Source: Thermoproteota archaeon (lineage in GTDB: Archaea > Korarchaeota > Korarchaeia > Korarchaeales > Korarchaeaceae). Taken from it: a stretch of 24,815 bases of DNA. Position 1 is the stretch's first letter; every line of letters begins with the position of its first letter. The translations under genes were made by a program, and so were the position numbers. Location of the stretch: positions 1 through 24,815 of the forward strand of contig JAOZGP010000027.1 of NCBI GenBank assembly GCA_027491735.1, written 5' to 3'. Of this stretch, positions 1 through 8,069 are shown piece after piece. The notes below the pieces were generated by a model. It ran no database searches. It had not been told where the DNA came from and was given only the letters and a program-made list of their open reading frames with translations.

Positions 1-137
1 GGCGCAGCATCCACTCGACCAGCTGCCCCTCTGGAACCATTCCCACCTGATGTTGAAGCTGGCGCTCTTCAAGCCGGCTCCTCACAGAACCCCCTAGAGG
101 GGGCTCTTCTCAGCGATGAATATGGTAAAAGCTGAGG

Positions 138-1505
138 TCAGCTTAACAGATCTTTCTCATAGTTCTTGAGGTGTTCCATGGCTTCTTTAACATCACTGAA
201 GAGTTTATCGACCTCCTCAACGTCATCTCTACAGACTCTTTCTTTAGACAGACTCCTTGCTCTAACGCCGGCCATACTGAGGAGTTGTACAGCATGCCTA
301 AGTGAGGTCCTCTCCCCTATTTCTGTGAGCAGGTTATAGGCATCTTCCTCCAGCTCTATCCTCTCTTCTTTGGATCTTATCTTTAGGATCTCTCTTATCT
401 CATCTTTAGAGTATTTTTGAGTTGTTATTATCACTAGCCGATCTAGCAGGTCGAGGGGTAATCCAAACGGAGCTCTAACATCCGTTCCCCTTATGTTCGT
501 GATGCCTCTGTTCGTGGCCATCACTATTATCGGAACGAGCTCTCCTTCCATAGCCCTGGCCAAGAAGCTCAGGGCCTCGATGTCCATCATGTGGACGTCG
601 TCTATGAATAGAACCCCGGGAAGGATTTTCACCTTGCCCTCCTTCACCCATTCGCTTACCTGAGAATCAACCGCTGCCCTGATCTCGGAGCTTATCTCCC
701 TGCCCGTTGATGGTCCGAATAGGAGGGAGGCTATTCCTCCTCCGCTTCTCCTCGCAAACATCTCATCGAGCTCGTATAGCGTAAGAGTGTAGATGAACTC
801 CCTCTCCTTGATGACCTTTCCATCTGGTTTGGGAACAACCTTTTCCGTCTCTATTTCAAATGAGGTTTTTGCTTCCTTAGATCTTCCCAGCTTGACGACC
901 TTACCGGTCTCAGCATCTATCTGTATAACGTCGCCCTCTTTGACTCCAAGCTCCACCATCTGTGTGGCAACTCCCCTGCCTACTTCCAGCTTCTTTGATT
1001 CATCCGTCGTCTCAAGAGTGAGCTTCGCCCCACCTGGGACTTGGTAGTATGGATTAAATGGGTGAGGTTCATATCTCACGTCGAGACTTGCGACCTCCCC
1101 TTCGTAGACCTTTCTGATCTCCCTGAACCTGACCCCTATGGCCTTCCTTATGGCCTCCATTAGAACGTCAGTCTTCCTCCTCTCGGCGCTGTATATCTCG
1201 GAACCTGATAGAACTATGAAAGGGACATCTTCTCCAAGCTCCTTAGCTATTCCAACGGCTATTGCTGTCTTGCCTGTGCCCGGCGGACCGGCTAAAAGAA
1301 CGCCCTTTCCGCTAAGCTTTCCTTCCCTGGCCATTTTGACTACTAGATGTGCTGCCTTTCTGGCCCTAGTTTGCCCCACCATGCCGTCCGCTACAGGCTT
1401 AGCCATGAGATTGTCATCCACACCAAGCCCTCTTATATGACTGTGAGCCCCAACCCTCTCCAGCCTCCCAGATGCCTCCTCAGCGATCTCACGTATCTCA
1501 ACCAT
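138..1505 (-). CDS. tip49: TIP49/RuvB-like (Rvb1/Rvb2 family) AAA+ ATPase
   Basis: N-terminal GAHSHIRGLG motif, Walker A GPPGTGKT, SGSEIYS, Walker B VLFIDDVH, ATNRG and PLDLLDRL motifs. ATG at 1505 is preferred over GTG at 1514 because GGGTG lies just upstream. Confidence 0.95.
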   Translation of the reverse strand: MVEIREIAEEASGRLERVGAHSHIRGLGVDDNLMAKPVADGMVGQTRARKAAHLVVKMAREGKLSGKGVLLAGPPGTGKTAIAVGIAKELGEDVPFIVLSGSEIYSAERRKTDVLMEAIRKAIGVRFREIRKVYEGEVASLDVRYEPHPFNPYYQVPGGAKLTLETTDESKKLEVGRGVATQMVELGVKEGDVIQIDAETGKVVKLGRSKEAKTSFEIETEKVVPKPDGKVIKEREFIYTLTLYELDEMFARRSGGGIASLLFGPSTGREISSEIRAAVDSQVSEWVKEGKVKILPGVLFIDDVHMMDIEALSFLARAMEGELVPIIVMATNRGITNIRGTDVRAPFGLPLDLLDRLVIITTQKYSKDEIREILKIRSKEERIELEEDAYNLLTEIGERTSLRHAVQLLSMAGVRARSLSKERVCRDDVEEVDKLFSDVKEAMEHLKNYEKDLLS

Positions 1506-1570
1506 ATAGAACACCCATTCTGATTAACTGTAACTTCTGTAAGCTGGATCGAGTTGGTAAATTAAATACA

Positions 1571-1692
1571 GTTACGGTCGATCCCCCAACCTCAGCTCAT
1601 CGGCTGACCTTCGGAGGGAACGGAGCCCCACATTTTCATTCCCTCCAGAGGACTCCTTTCGGGCTTGAAACCCCCATACAGGGGACCGCAAC
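1571..1692 (-). ncRNA. Candidate structured RNA with a K-loop; 3' half resembles an archaeal TnpB omega-RNA/sotRNA
   Basis: Minus strand: 9-bp closing stem GUUGCGGUC/GACCGUAAC; hairpin GGGGGUUUC/GGAGUCCUC; 10-bp stem GGAGGGAAUG/CGUUCCCUCC; loop complementarity AGCCC/GGGCU; K-loop CAGCC-GAU-GA-GCU-GA-GGUUG. G-U pairs favour the minus strand. Confidence 0.55.
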
Positions 1693-1756
1693 ACGATTAA
1701 TGCTTTGAGAGGTGTGACCTCTTCCACATGAGATCTCAAGTTCACGTATCCTTTTG

Positions 1757-1804
1757 GACTGTTACGAGCCACACCCAATGCCCCTCATCAGGGCACGAGC
1801 TGTA
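1757..1804 (-). ncRNA. Candidate single-hairpin H/ACA-like guide RNA
   Basis: Minus strand UACAGC-UC-GUGCCC-UGAUGA-GGGGCAU-UGGGUGUG-GCUCGUA-ACA-GUC. It has an apical UGAUGA loop, a lower stem ending right before ACA, and 15-16 nt from the upper stem to ACA. A TATA box lies about 22 nt upstream. Confidence 0.4.
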
Positions 1805-1824
1805 GAAGATCATTGCTTCGGAAG

Positions 1825-1833
1825 TATTTAAAT
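1825..1833. promoter_or_regulatory. TATA box (TATTTAAAT), possibly bidirectional for flanking small RNAs
   Basis: Near-palindromic TTTAAA core in a non-coding region, with structured RNA candidates on both sides. Confidence 0.45.
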
Positions 1834-1987
1834 CTAATCACTCCCTGCAGATTCCCCCAGGAGGAGTTCTGCAAGCGATGAAAGGATGGAGACTGCGCTA
1901 CTGAGGATCTCAGACTCTACTCTTCTAACGTTCACAAAAGCCTTCTTCTGCTGGAGAGTCGGAAAAACCACCGCAGTATGTCGGTAA

Positions 1988-2149
1988 GAAAGCCTCCACT
2001 TCAGTGAGGGGATGAATTAGGGTGGGTTGGAGGTGGTTCGCAGGCTTGAGTACTCTACATGAACTTCGGCATGGTAGAATCGTGACCCCACGCTGCTGTC
2101 AGGGGATTTAGTGGTCGAAGTGGAAGCTCCATTTAGATCAGAGGATCAC
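1988..2149 (+). mobile_element. Possible degenerate non-autonomous IS200/IS605-family remnant (ends only)
   Basis: GAAAGCCTCCACTTCAGTGAGGGGATGAA (1988-2016) resembles IS200/IS605 subterminal hairpins. GAAGCTCCAT...GGATCAC (2123-2149) resembles a decayed right end finishing in TCAC. No tnpA or tnpB ORF lies between. The resemblance is from recall only. Confidence 0.33.
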
Positions 2150-2373
2150 CTCACATCCTCTTCCACCACTATGGCGCCCACTGGACAGGAGACAGAACAA
2201 GCATGACATATGAAGCAATTGTCTCTGTAGTTTTCAACCAAGTACGCCTTCTTGTCCTTCAGGTAATACAGCTCTAAGGGACAGATCCTCTCACAAGTCC
2301 CACACCCTATACATTTGTCGTGGTCTATGTGGATCTCCAGGGAGAAGTTTATCTTCACCACCACGAGGCTCAC
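2146..2373 (-). CDS. 2x[4Fe-4S] dicluster ferredoxin
   Basis: Two CxxCxxCxxxCP motifs (CIGCGTCERICP and CFICHACSVSCP). Start codon uncertain among several GTGs. Confidence 0.9.
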   Translation of the reverse strand: MSLVVVKINFSLEIHIDHDKCIGCGTCERICPLELYYLKDKKAYLVENYRDNCFICHACSVSCPVGAIVVEEDVR

Positions 2374-2435
2374 CGCCCTCTTCCTCAGAATTCAAGGATT
2401 TAATTGTTTCCGTTCACCGAGGTCTGGGGTCGCTC

Positions 2436-3572
2436 ATGTCGAACATTGAAATTGAAAAGGGAGATTATCTGAAAAGGATCACCTTGCTGATGGAGAGCTG
2501 CAAGGAGATCGATCTAATCGTGGTTACAGAACCTGAGGACATGAGATATCTCTCCGGTACGAAGAACGCTTCCGCATTGGTGATCCCAAGGGATCAGGAA
2601 CCATTTCTCATAGCCAGGTATGCCTTTGGAGACGCGCTAGCTGAGGAGGAGAGTCCCCTAGAAGTTGTGGTTGTGAAGCCGGAGATAGAGCTTAGCGGAA
2701 GGAAGGACCTTAAGAGAACCCACGAGGTTCTAGCAAAACTGATCTCGGAGAGAAAGATTAGGCGTATTGGCATGGACGGATCTGAGAATCTCAGAGCCAG
2801 AGTGAGAAGGAGGGTGGAGAAATTGGGCGGAATGGTCAGCATTAAGAGTGTCGGTAAGAGAATCTTGGACCTAAGAAAGATCAAGGACGAGAAGGAGATA
2901 GAAATCATGCGTAGAAGCGCCGAGATATCCATAGAAGTCTTTTATGATATTATTCCAGAGCTCAGAGAAGGAATGACTGAGATAGAGGTCGCCAGCAGGT
3001 TCGAGTATGAGTTCAGACTTAGAGGAGGTGATGGATCGAGTTTCCCCACCATAGTCTGCTTCGGAGACAACTCCTTCAACGCTCACCACGTCCCTCGACC
3101 CAGAAAGCTGAGGATCGACGATCTCGTCCTCGTGGACTTTGGGGCCAAGTTCCGGGGATATGCCAGCGACATGACCAGGACCTTCGTCTTTGGTGAGCCG
3201 AATTCCAAGGTCGAGGAGATCTGGAAGGCGGTGTTCAAGGCACAAAAATCGGCTATGGAGAAGATCCGTCCTGGAGTGAGTTGTGGATTCCCTGATGAGG
3301 TTGCTAGAAGAATTCTAAATGAGAAGGGATTGCTAGATTATTACGTGCACACGTTGGGTCACGGAGTTGGTCTCAACGTTCATGAACCGCCTAGGCTCAT
3401 CATCGGATCGAAAGAGAGGCTTGTGGAGGGATATGTTGTGACCATCGAGCCGGGAGTTTACATGAAAGAGTGGGGTGGGGTCAGGATAGAGGATACCGTG
3501 GTCGTGAGGGGAGAGGGGAAAGAGATTCTCACTGAGAAGCTGGACAAGTTCATTCGATTTAAGGATATCTGA
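2436..3572 (+). CDS. pepQ: Xaa-Pro dipeptidase/aminopeptidase (M24B)
   Basis: N-terminal creatinase-like domain; motifs DFGA...YASDMTRT, HTLGHGVGLNVHE, TIEPGVY and GVRIEDTV supply the metal ligands. Confidence 0.92.
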   Translation: MSNIEIEKGDYLKRITLLMESCKEIDLIVVTEPEDMRYLSGTKNASALVIPRDQEPFLIARYAFGDALAEEESPLEVVVVKPEIELSGRKDLKRTHEVLAKLISERKIRRIGMDGSENLRARVRRRVEKLGGMVSIKSVGKRILDLRKIKDEKEIEIMRRSAEISIEVFYDIIPELREGMTEIEVASRFEYEFRLRGGDGSSFPTIVCFGDNSFNAHHVPRPRKLRIDDLVLVDFGAKFRGYASDMTRTFVFGEPNSKVEEIWKAVFKAQKSAMEKIRPGVSCGFPDEVARRILNEKGLLDYYVHTLGHGVGLNVHEPPRLIIGSKERLVEGYVVTIEPGVYMKEWGGVRIEDTVVVRGEGKEILTEKLDKFIRFKDI

Positions 3573-3583
3573 CAGGGTTCCCC

Positions 3584-4780
3584 ATGAGTTGGATTCCGAG
3601 TGGAGAAGTTGTTTTGCTGGATGAGGGAGCAAGAAGAGTGAAGAGAGGAGAGAAGAACATCTACAAGAAGTGGGTATCTGAAGTCAGGGGGCCCGTCATC
3701 TCCGGAGATATCGTTGTGCTGCTTGATGAGGAAGGAGCGCCGATTGGCGAGGGATTTTACGAGGACATCGGAGCTATGGGAATTCGGGTGCTCTCCAACG
3801 ACCCAGTCGAAAGGGTTGGCCTGGATTTTCTTAAGGAAAGTTTGGAGCAGTGTCTCGAGCTCAGAAAGAGGATGGATCTCGGAGACTTCTTCAGGTTAGT
3901 TCACAGCGAAGCGGATGGATTACCTGGTCTTATAGTAGACGTGTACAACGATCTGGGGGTCATCACCAGCACCGCTCTGGGCTTTGACAGGAGAATAGAT
4001 GATATCGCCTCTCTTCTCATGAAAATCATAGATCTCAGAGCGATCTTCCTGAGAAACGACACCAGAACAAGAAGAGAAGTTGGGCTCCCTATGGAGAGAA
4101 GGATTTTAGTTGGCCGGGGAGATCCTGAAACTGAGATACATGAGGGAAACGTTGTCTTTCACGTGAACGTCATGGAGGGACAGAAGACTGGATTTTTCAT
4201 AGATCAGAGGATCAACAGGGAGAACATAGAGAGATACGTCTCCTCCGGAGATAAAGTCCTAGACCTCTTCTCCTACACAGGAGGGTTTGGCCTTCACGCA
4301 GCGATTAACGGCGCTAAGGTCGTGATGGTGGATGAGTCAGAATATGCCGAGAGGGAAGCCATCAGAAACGCTGAGCTTAACGACGTTGAGGTGGAGTTCG
4401 TGAGGTCCAGAGTTAAGGACTTCTTGGAGCGAGATCATGAGACCTATGATCTGGTGGTGGTTGATCCTCCCGCTCTCATCCCGAGTCGAGATCTCTACAG
4501 AACGGGCCACAGGACATACACGCAGATCAACCGTTCGGCCCTATCACGCGTGAGGGACGAAGGGTTTCTCTTCAGCAGTAGCTGTAGTATGTTTTTGACC
4601 GAGAGAGATCTGAAGAGCATTCTATTGAGGTGTGCCCATGAGGAGAAGGCGGGATTGAGGTTCCTCTGTGGAGTTCTCGGTCAATCCCCAGATCATCCTG
4701 TTGATCCTCTACACCCATGGACGGGATATCTGAAGGGCTTCCTTGTCAACGTAAAGAGTGAGCAGCGATCCTCAAACTGA
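3584..4780 (+). CDS. RlmI-like (COG1092) PUA-domain SAM-dependent RNA m5C methyltransferase
   Basis: RLVHSEADGLPGLIVDVY, GQKTGFFIDQRINR, VLDLFSYTGGFG, DPP, SSSCS and YLKG motifs. Confidence 0.9.
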   Translation: MSWIPSGEVVLLDEGARRVKRGEKNIYKKWVSEVRGPVISGDIVVLLDEEGAPIGEGFYEDIGAMGIRVLSNDPVERVGLDFLKESLEQCLELRKRMDLGDFFRLVHSEADGLPGLIVDVYNDLGVITSTALGFDRRIDDIASLLMKIIDLRAIFLRNDTRTRREVGLPMERRILVGRGDPETEIHEGNVVFHVNVMEGQKTGFFIDQRINRENIERYVSSGDKVLDLFSYTGGFGLHAAINGAKVVMVDESEYAEREAIRNAELNDVEVEFVRSRVKDFLERDHETYDLVVVDPPALIPSRDLYRTGHRTYTQINRSALSRVRDEGFLFSSSCSMFLTERDLKSILLRCAHEEKAGLRFLCGVLGQSPDHPVDPLHPWTGYLKGFLVNVKSEQRSSN

Positions 4781-5035
4781 TTTCTAGTTCCTCCAGCAGA
4801 AACTATCTTTTCATCCCAGCTGTCGGAAGGAGCTCTGGGAGGTTCTCGACAGCTAGGCTTACTTAAATTTAACTGCAGTTCGTTCATCAGCTGAAGTTGG
4901 TGGTTCTCCCGATGCAGGCTTCATGAACTACAATTTAAATCTTTATTATATTTATGTACATTAGATAAAACTATACACTGGTATATATTCCATTAGATTA
5001 CTATGCTCTTCTGAATTGAGTAGGTGAGAAGATTT

Positions 5036-7987
5036 CTACTCCCTTTTCCTGAGCTCATCTCCCACAAGCTCCCATTCTGCCTCAGGATGTCTTTTCATGT
5101 ATATCTTCAGGGCTGCCACCCTGAGCTCCTGTGGGACCATCGTTATCATGGTCGCTGGAGCTCTCCCCCAGACCCTGAGCATCACGCCTATCCTCTTCTC
5201 CACCGCATCCCAGTTGTTGATCAGCACCCTCTCTCCGGACTTCATCTTCGTTTCTATTGTGTTTAAGCTCTCATCTATTCTGTCGAGCTCTTCTCTGGCT
5301 CTATTCAGATCTCCAGCCCTCAGAGCAGTTCTAACGGATTCTATGGTTTCAGAGATCCTCTTGAGCTGTGGCTCGAACAGCGGCTCATCGAAGTCGAGTT
5401 CCCCCCTTATTCTCCTCTCGAACTCCATGAGCTTGTCCAACCTAGCTTTGCTCTCCTTAAGGGAGTTCAGTATCTCAGCCAAAGACGCTTCTTCAGGAGC
5501 AACAAACTCTATCCGCTCAAGAGGAAGCTCCTCCTCGACCTCAGCTTTTTCTACAGGCGGCATCTCAACTTTTTGAACCTCTTCCTCGACCTCCGGCCTA
5601 GAGATCTCGATCTCCTCTACTTCAGGTCGTACCTCCTCAGAGCGAGACTCCTCCGGCTCTCCTGTTATCTCCCCCTTGACCTCCTCTATTCTCTCCGCTG
5701 CAGTCTCTTTTGTAGCCTCTTCTTCCGGTAATTCAACAAGAGAAGATGTTTCTTTTTTCTCTTCCTCGGATATGGTAGTTTCTGGGATCAAAGTAGCTTC
5801 AGAAGGCGCTTCGATGTGCGGAGGTGATGTTTCCTCGCGCTTCACGCGAACCTCCTCACGAGCGCGTTCCTCCAGGTCAGAAACCAGTTCCTCTGGACTT
5901 GGTGGTTGGACAGTTTCAGATCTCCTAGTCCTCCTCAGGAGGATCGCTGCTGTCACGACGCTCACAACTGTCAGAGCCACACCCATCAGGATCAAAGAAT
6001 TTAGACTGGTTAGTGTCGGCTGCTGAGATATGAAGGAGAATGTCTTTCTGACTATCTGAGCTTTAACCCCATTCACCTCAACAACAGCGATCACGTCAAA
6101 TCTGTTCCCCTTAACTGGAAGCTGGACCTTTACATTTCTCTCCTCATCCTTTTTCATCATGGATATCTTGACGCTGGCCATCTTATTCTCGTTAGTGTAT
6201 ACGGAGAGGAGGAAGGTTGCGTTATCCTGTACTGTGTTTTTCACACGTATATTGAGCAGATAGACGTTCTTGAATTTGGAGAGAGTCATCCCCTGAATGA
6301 TTGCTGTTTTGCTGACCTCAAACGTCAGCGTTCTCTCGAAGGTCTTGTTTCCGCTCTTCAGGATCACCTTGAGAGTATCAGTTCCAGGAGATACGGCCAA
6401 GACCTCTATGTCCATGTGAGCTGTGCTCCCTTTATTTACTGTCAGCACATTCGGACTGTTCATCACCTTGATCACCTTGCCGCTGGAGGAGGCATCCACT
6501 AGAAAGGTGTCAGTGTTCAATGTGTTTACTACATCCAGAGAAACTGTCCTCTTGGTCCCAACAGCCATCTTAATCGACGTCTCCTTCATAAATATCTTGA
6601 GAGTTCCCTCTTCAGTCACATTGGTCTTGCTGGCATTCATCCTACTCTCATTCGGTTTCACCGTGACGTAGGTTTTGTTCAGAAGAGCGCCGAGCCTCCT
6701 GTTGTTTACCGAAAACCCGACTAAGACCGCTGGCCAGTCCTCTGGTATGGAGAGCCTCACATCCACATGCTTTGAGAAGCTGGGGTCGAACTTGCCGAGG
6801 GAGGTGGAGATCGTTCTGTTGCTTGTAGGGTCGAGCAGGTAAAGAAAGACGTTTCCACCTTCTGATGTTAAAAGTGTGAGCTCTCCGCTGACGATCGCCC
6901 TCCTCTCTTCAGTTATCTCTAGGGTTCCGGAGAACTTGACCAGAGGGGTTCTGATTATTAGAAGTTCTCCTCCTTCGTCTAGTAGGCAGAGATATGCGAA
7001 GCCTCCCTCCGATGAGACGGACGTTTTAGAAGGAGATACGCCGGTGCTGAGGGACCAAATGACTTTCCCGAAGTGTGCCTCCAGAACCTTAATTCTGCCG
7101 TCTGATCCCAAGACGAACAGGAGATCCTCCACCTGTAGAGGCTGTGACGCTGGCCACAAGCCCAGAAAACCCTCGTCGACCAGCCTCATTTTGAAAAACC
7201 TGTACATCCCTCCTCCTAGAGAGACAAGGAATACAGAATCTCCGTTCGTCACTATGGGCCCTGAAGGGTAGGATTTACTCGAAAGAGGCAGTTCTGCCTT
7301 CTTAGTTCCATCAACTGAGCTCAGATAGACCAGTTTGTGGTCCTCCGTGAGAATGACGACATATCCGGGTCCGACGCCTGCTGTCCTAACACTGAGTTTT
7401 CTCTCCCATAGCTTGTTACCGCCACTCTTGAGGAAGCAGTACAGCTCCTTTTGAGTGATTGTTATTATCTTGTCTCCAGCGTCCAGTACCTGTAGAGGAG
7501 GTGAATCCAGCTTCCTCCTCCATAAAAACCCAATGGAGAGACCGCTCATGGCTTCTAGATATCCGGATTCTGTCGGAAGAAATAATTCATTCGAGCTTAG
7601 GTCATACAGGGGCTGAGCAGCGAGGGGGCTGTCCAGCTTAATCGTCCCAAGCACAGCCCCGTTCTTCGAACTTAAAATCAACGCCTTTCCCTCGAGGAAA
7701 GCGATTAAATTTGGCTTGACGCTTACTAGATAATAAACCCTCGATCCAAGTCCCTTTGTCCAGAGGAGCTTTCCATCGAAGGAATAGGCTGATATCTCAG
7801 AGAGCCCTTTTCCACAAGCAACTATCACTTTATCCTTCAATATCAGGGGGGGTGGCGCCAATCCCACATATTTAGCAGGTATGTTGATTTTGACCTTTGA
7901 CAGTGATATCACTCCGTCCTCAGCTGAGACCGGTGTTACTAGGATCAGTGTGATGAGCATCAAGGCTAGCGAGAGGGACCTGTTCAT
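5036..7987 (-). CDS. Large single-pass membrane protein: signal peptide, PQQ/BamB-like beta-propeller, Ig-like domains, TM helix, Glu-rich linker and helical C-terminal domain
   Basis: 983-aa ORF. Hydrophobic N-terminus ends VSA-ED; repeated G-x-x-x-W blades (GKLLW, GFLW, NKLW, GKVIW); beta-rich middle; TM LILMGVALTVVSVVTAAILL followed by RRTRR; E/P-rich stretch. Confidence 0.8.
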   Translation of the reverse strand: MNRSLSLALMLITLILVTPVSAEDGVISLSKVKINIPAKYVGLAPPPLILKDKVIVACGKGLSEISAYSFDGKLLWTKGLGSRVYYLVSVKPNLIAFLEGKALILSSKNGAVLGTIKLDSPLAAQPLYDLSSNELFLPTESGYLEAMSGLSIGFLWRRKLDSPPLQVLDAGDKIITITQKELYCFLKSGGNKLWERKLSVRTAGVGPGYVVILTEDHKLVYLSSVDGTKKAELPLSSKSYPSGPIVTNGDSVFLVSLGGGMYRFFKMRLVDEGFLGLWPASQPLQVEDLLFVLGSDGRIKVLEAHFGKVIWSLSTGVSPSKTSVSSEGGFAYLCLLDEGGELLIIRTPLVKFSGTLEITEERRAIVSGELTLLTSEGGNVFLYLLDPTSNRTISTSLGKFDPSFSKHVDVRLSIPEDWPAVLVGFSVNNRRLGALLNKTYVTVKPNESRMNASKTNVTEEGTLKIFMKETSIKMAVGTKRTVSLDVVNTLNTDTFLVDASSSGKVIKVMNSPNVLTVNKGSTAHMDIEVLAVSPGTDTLKVILKSGNKTFERTLTFEVSKTAIIQGMTLSKFKNVYLLNIRVKNTVQDNATFLLSVYTNENKMASVKISMMKKDEERNVKVQLPVKGNRFDVIAVVEVNGVKAQIVRKTFSFISQQPTLTSLNSLILMGVALTVVSVVTAAILLRRTRRSETVQPPSPEELVSDLEERAREEVRVKREETSPPHIEAPSEATLIPETTISEEEKKETSSLVELPEEEATKETAAERIEEVKGEITGEPEESRSEEVRPEVEEIEISRPEVEEEVQKVEMPPVEKAEVEEELPLERIEFVAPEEASLAEILNSLKESKARLDKLMEFERRIRGELDFDEPLFEPQLKRISETIESVRTALRAGDLNRAREELDRIDESLNTIETKMKSGERVLINNWDAVEKRIGVMLRVWGRAPATMITMVPQELRVAALKIYMKRHPEAEWELVGDELRKRE

Positions 7988-8069
7988 GAGAAATCCTGAA
8001 GTAGAGATTCGCGACAGAATCTAATAAAAGTTTGACATCATAAGGTTTATCCTTCTTATGCAATGAGCT

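Noticed and set aside
1648-1675. SRP RNA helix 8 (UCAAGCCCGAAAGGAG)
   Set aside because: It lacks the CAGG/AGCAG symmetric loop and the ~300-nt archaeal SRP frame.
1472-1778. ORFs 1472-1708 (+) and 1572-1778 (-)
   Set aside because: No recognisable motifs; the sequence is better explained by RNA structure.
1740-1800. Hammerhead ribozyme suggested by CUGAUGA on the minus strand
   Set aside because: The core reads GUAA rather than GAAA, the cleavage triplet would be GUG, and stem I does not form next to the core.
4860-4895. Second CUGAUGA (minus strand) as a hammerhead core
   Set aside because: No stem II followed by GAAA.
5520-5900. CT-rich low-complexity tract as a DNA repeat
   Set aside because: It reflects Glu-rich coding on the minus strand; there is no true tandem unit.
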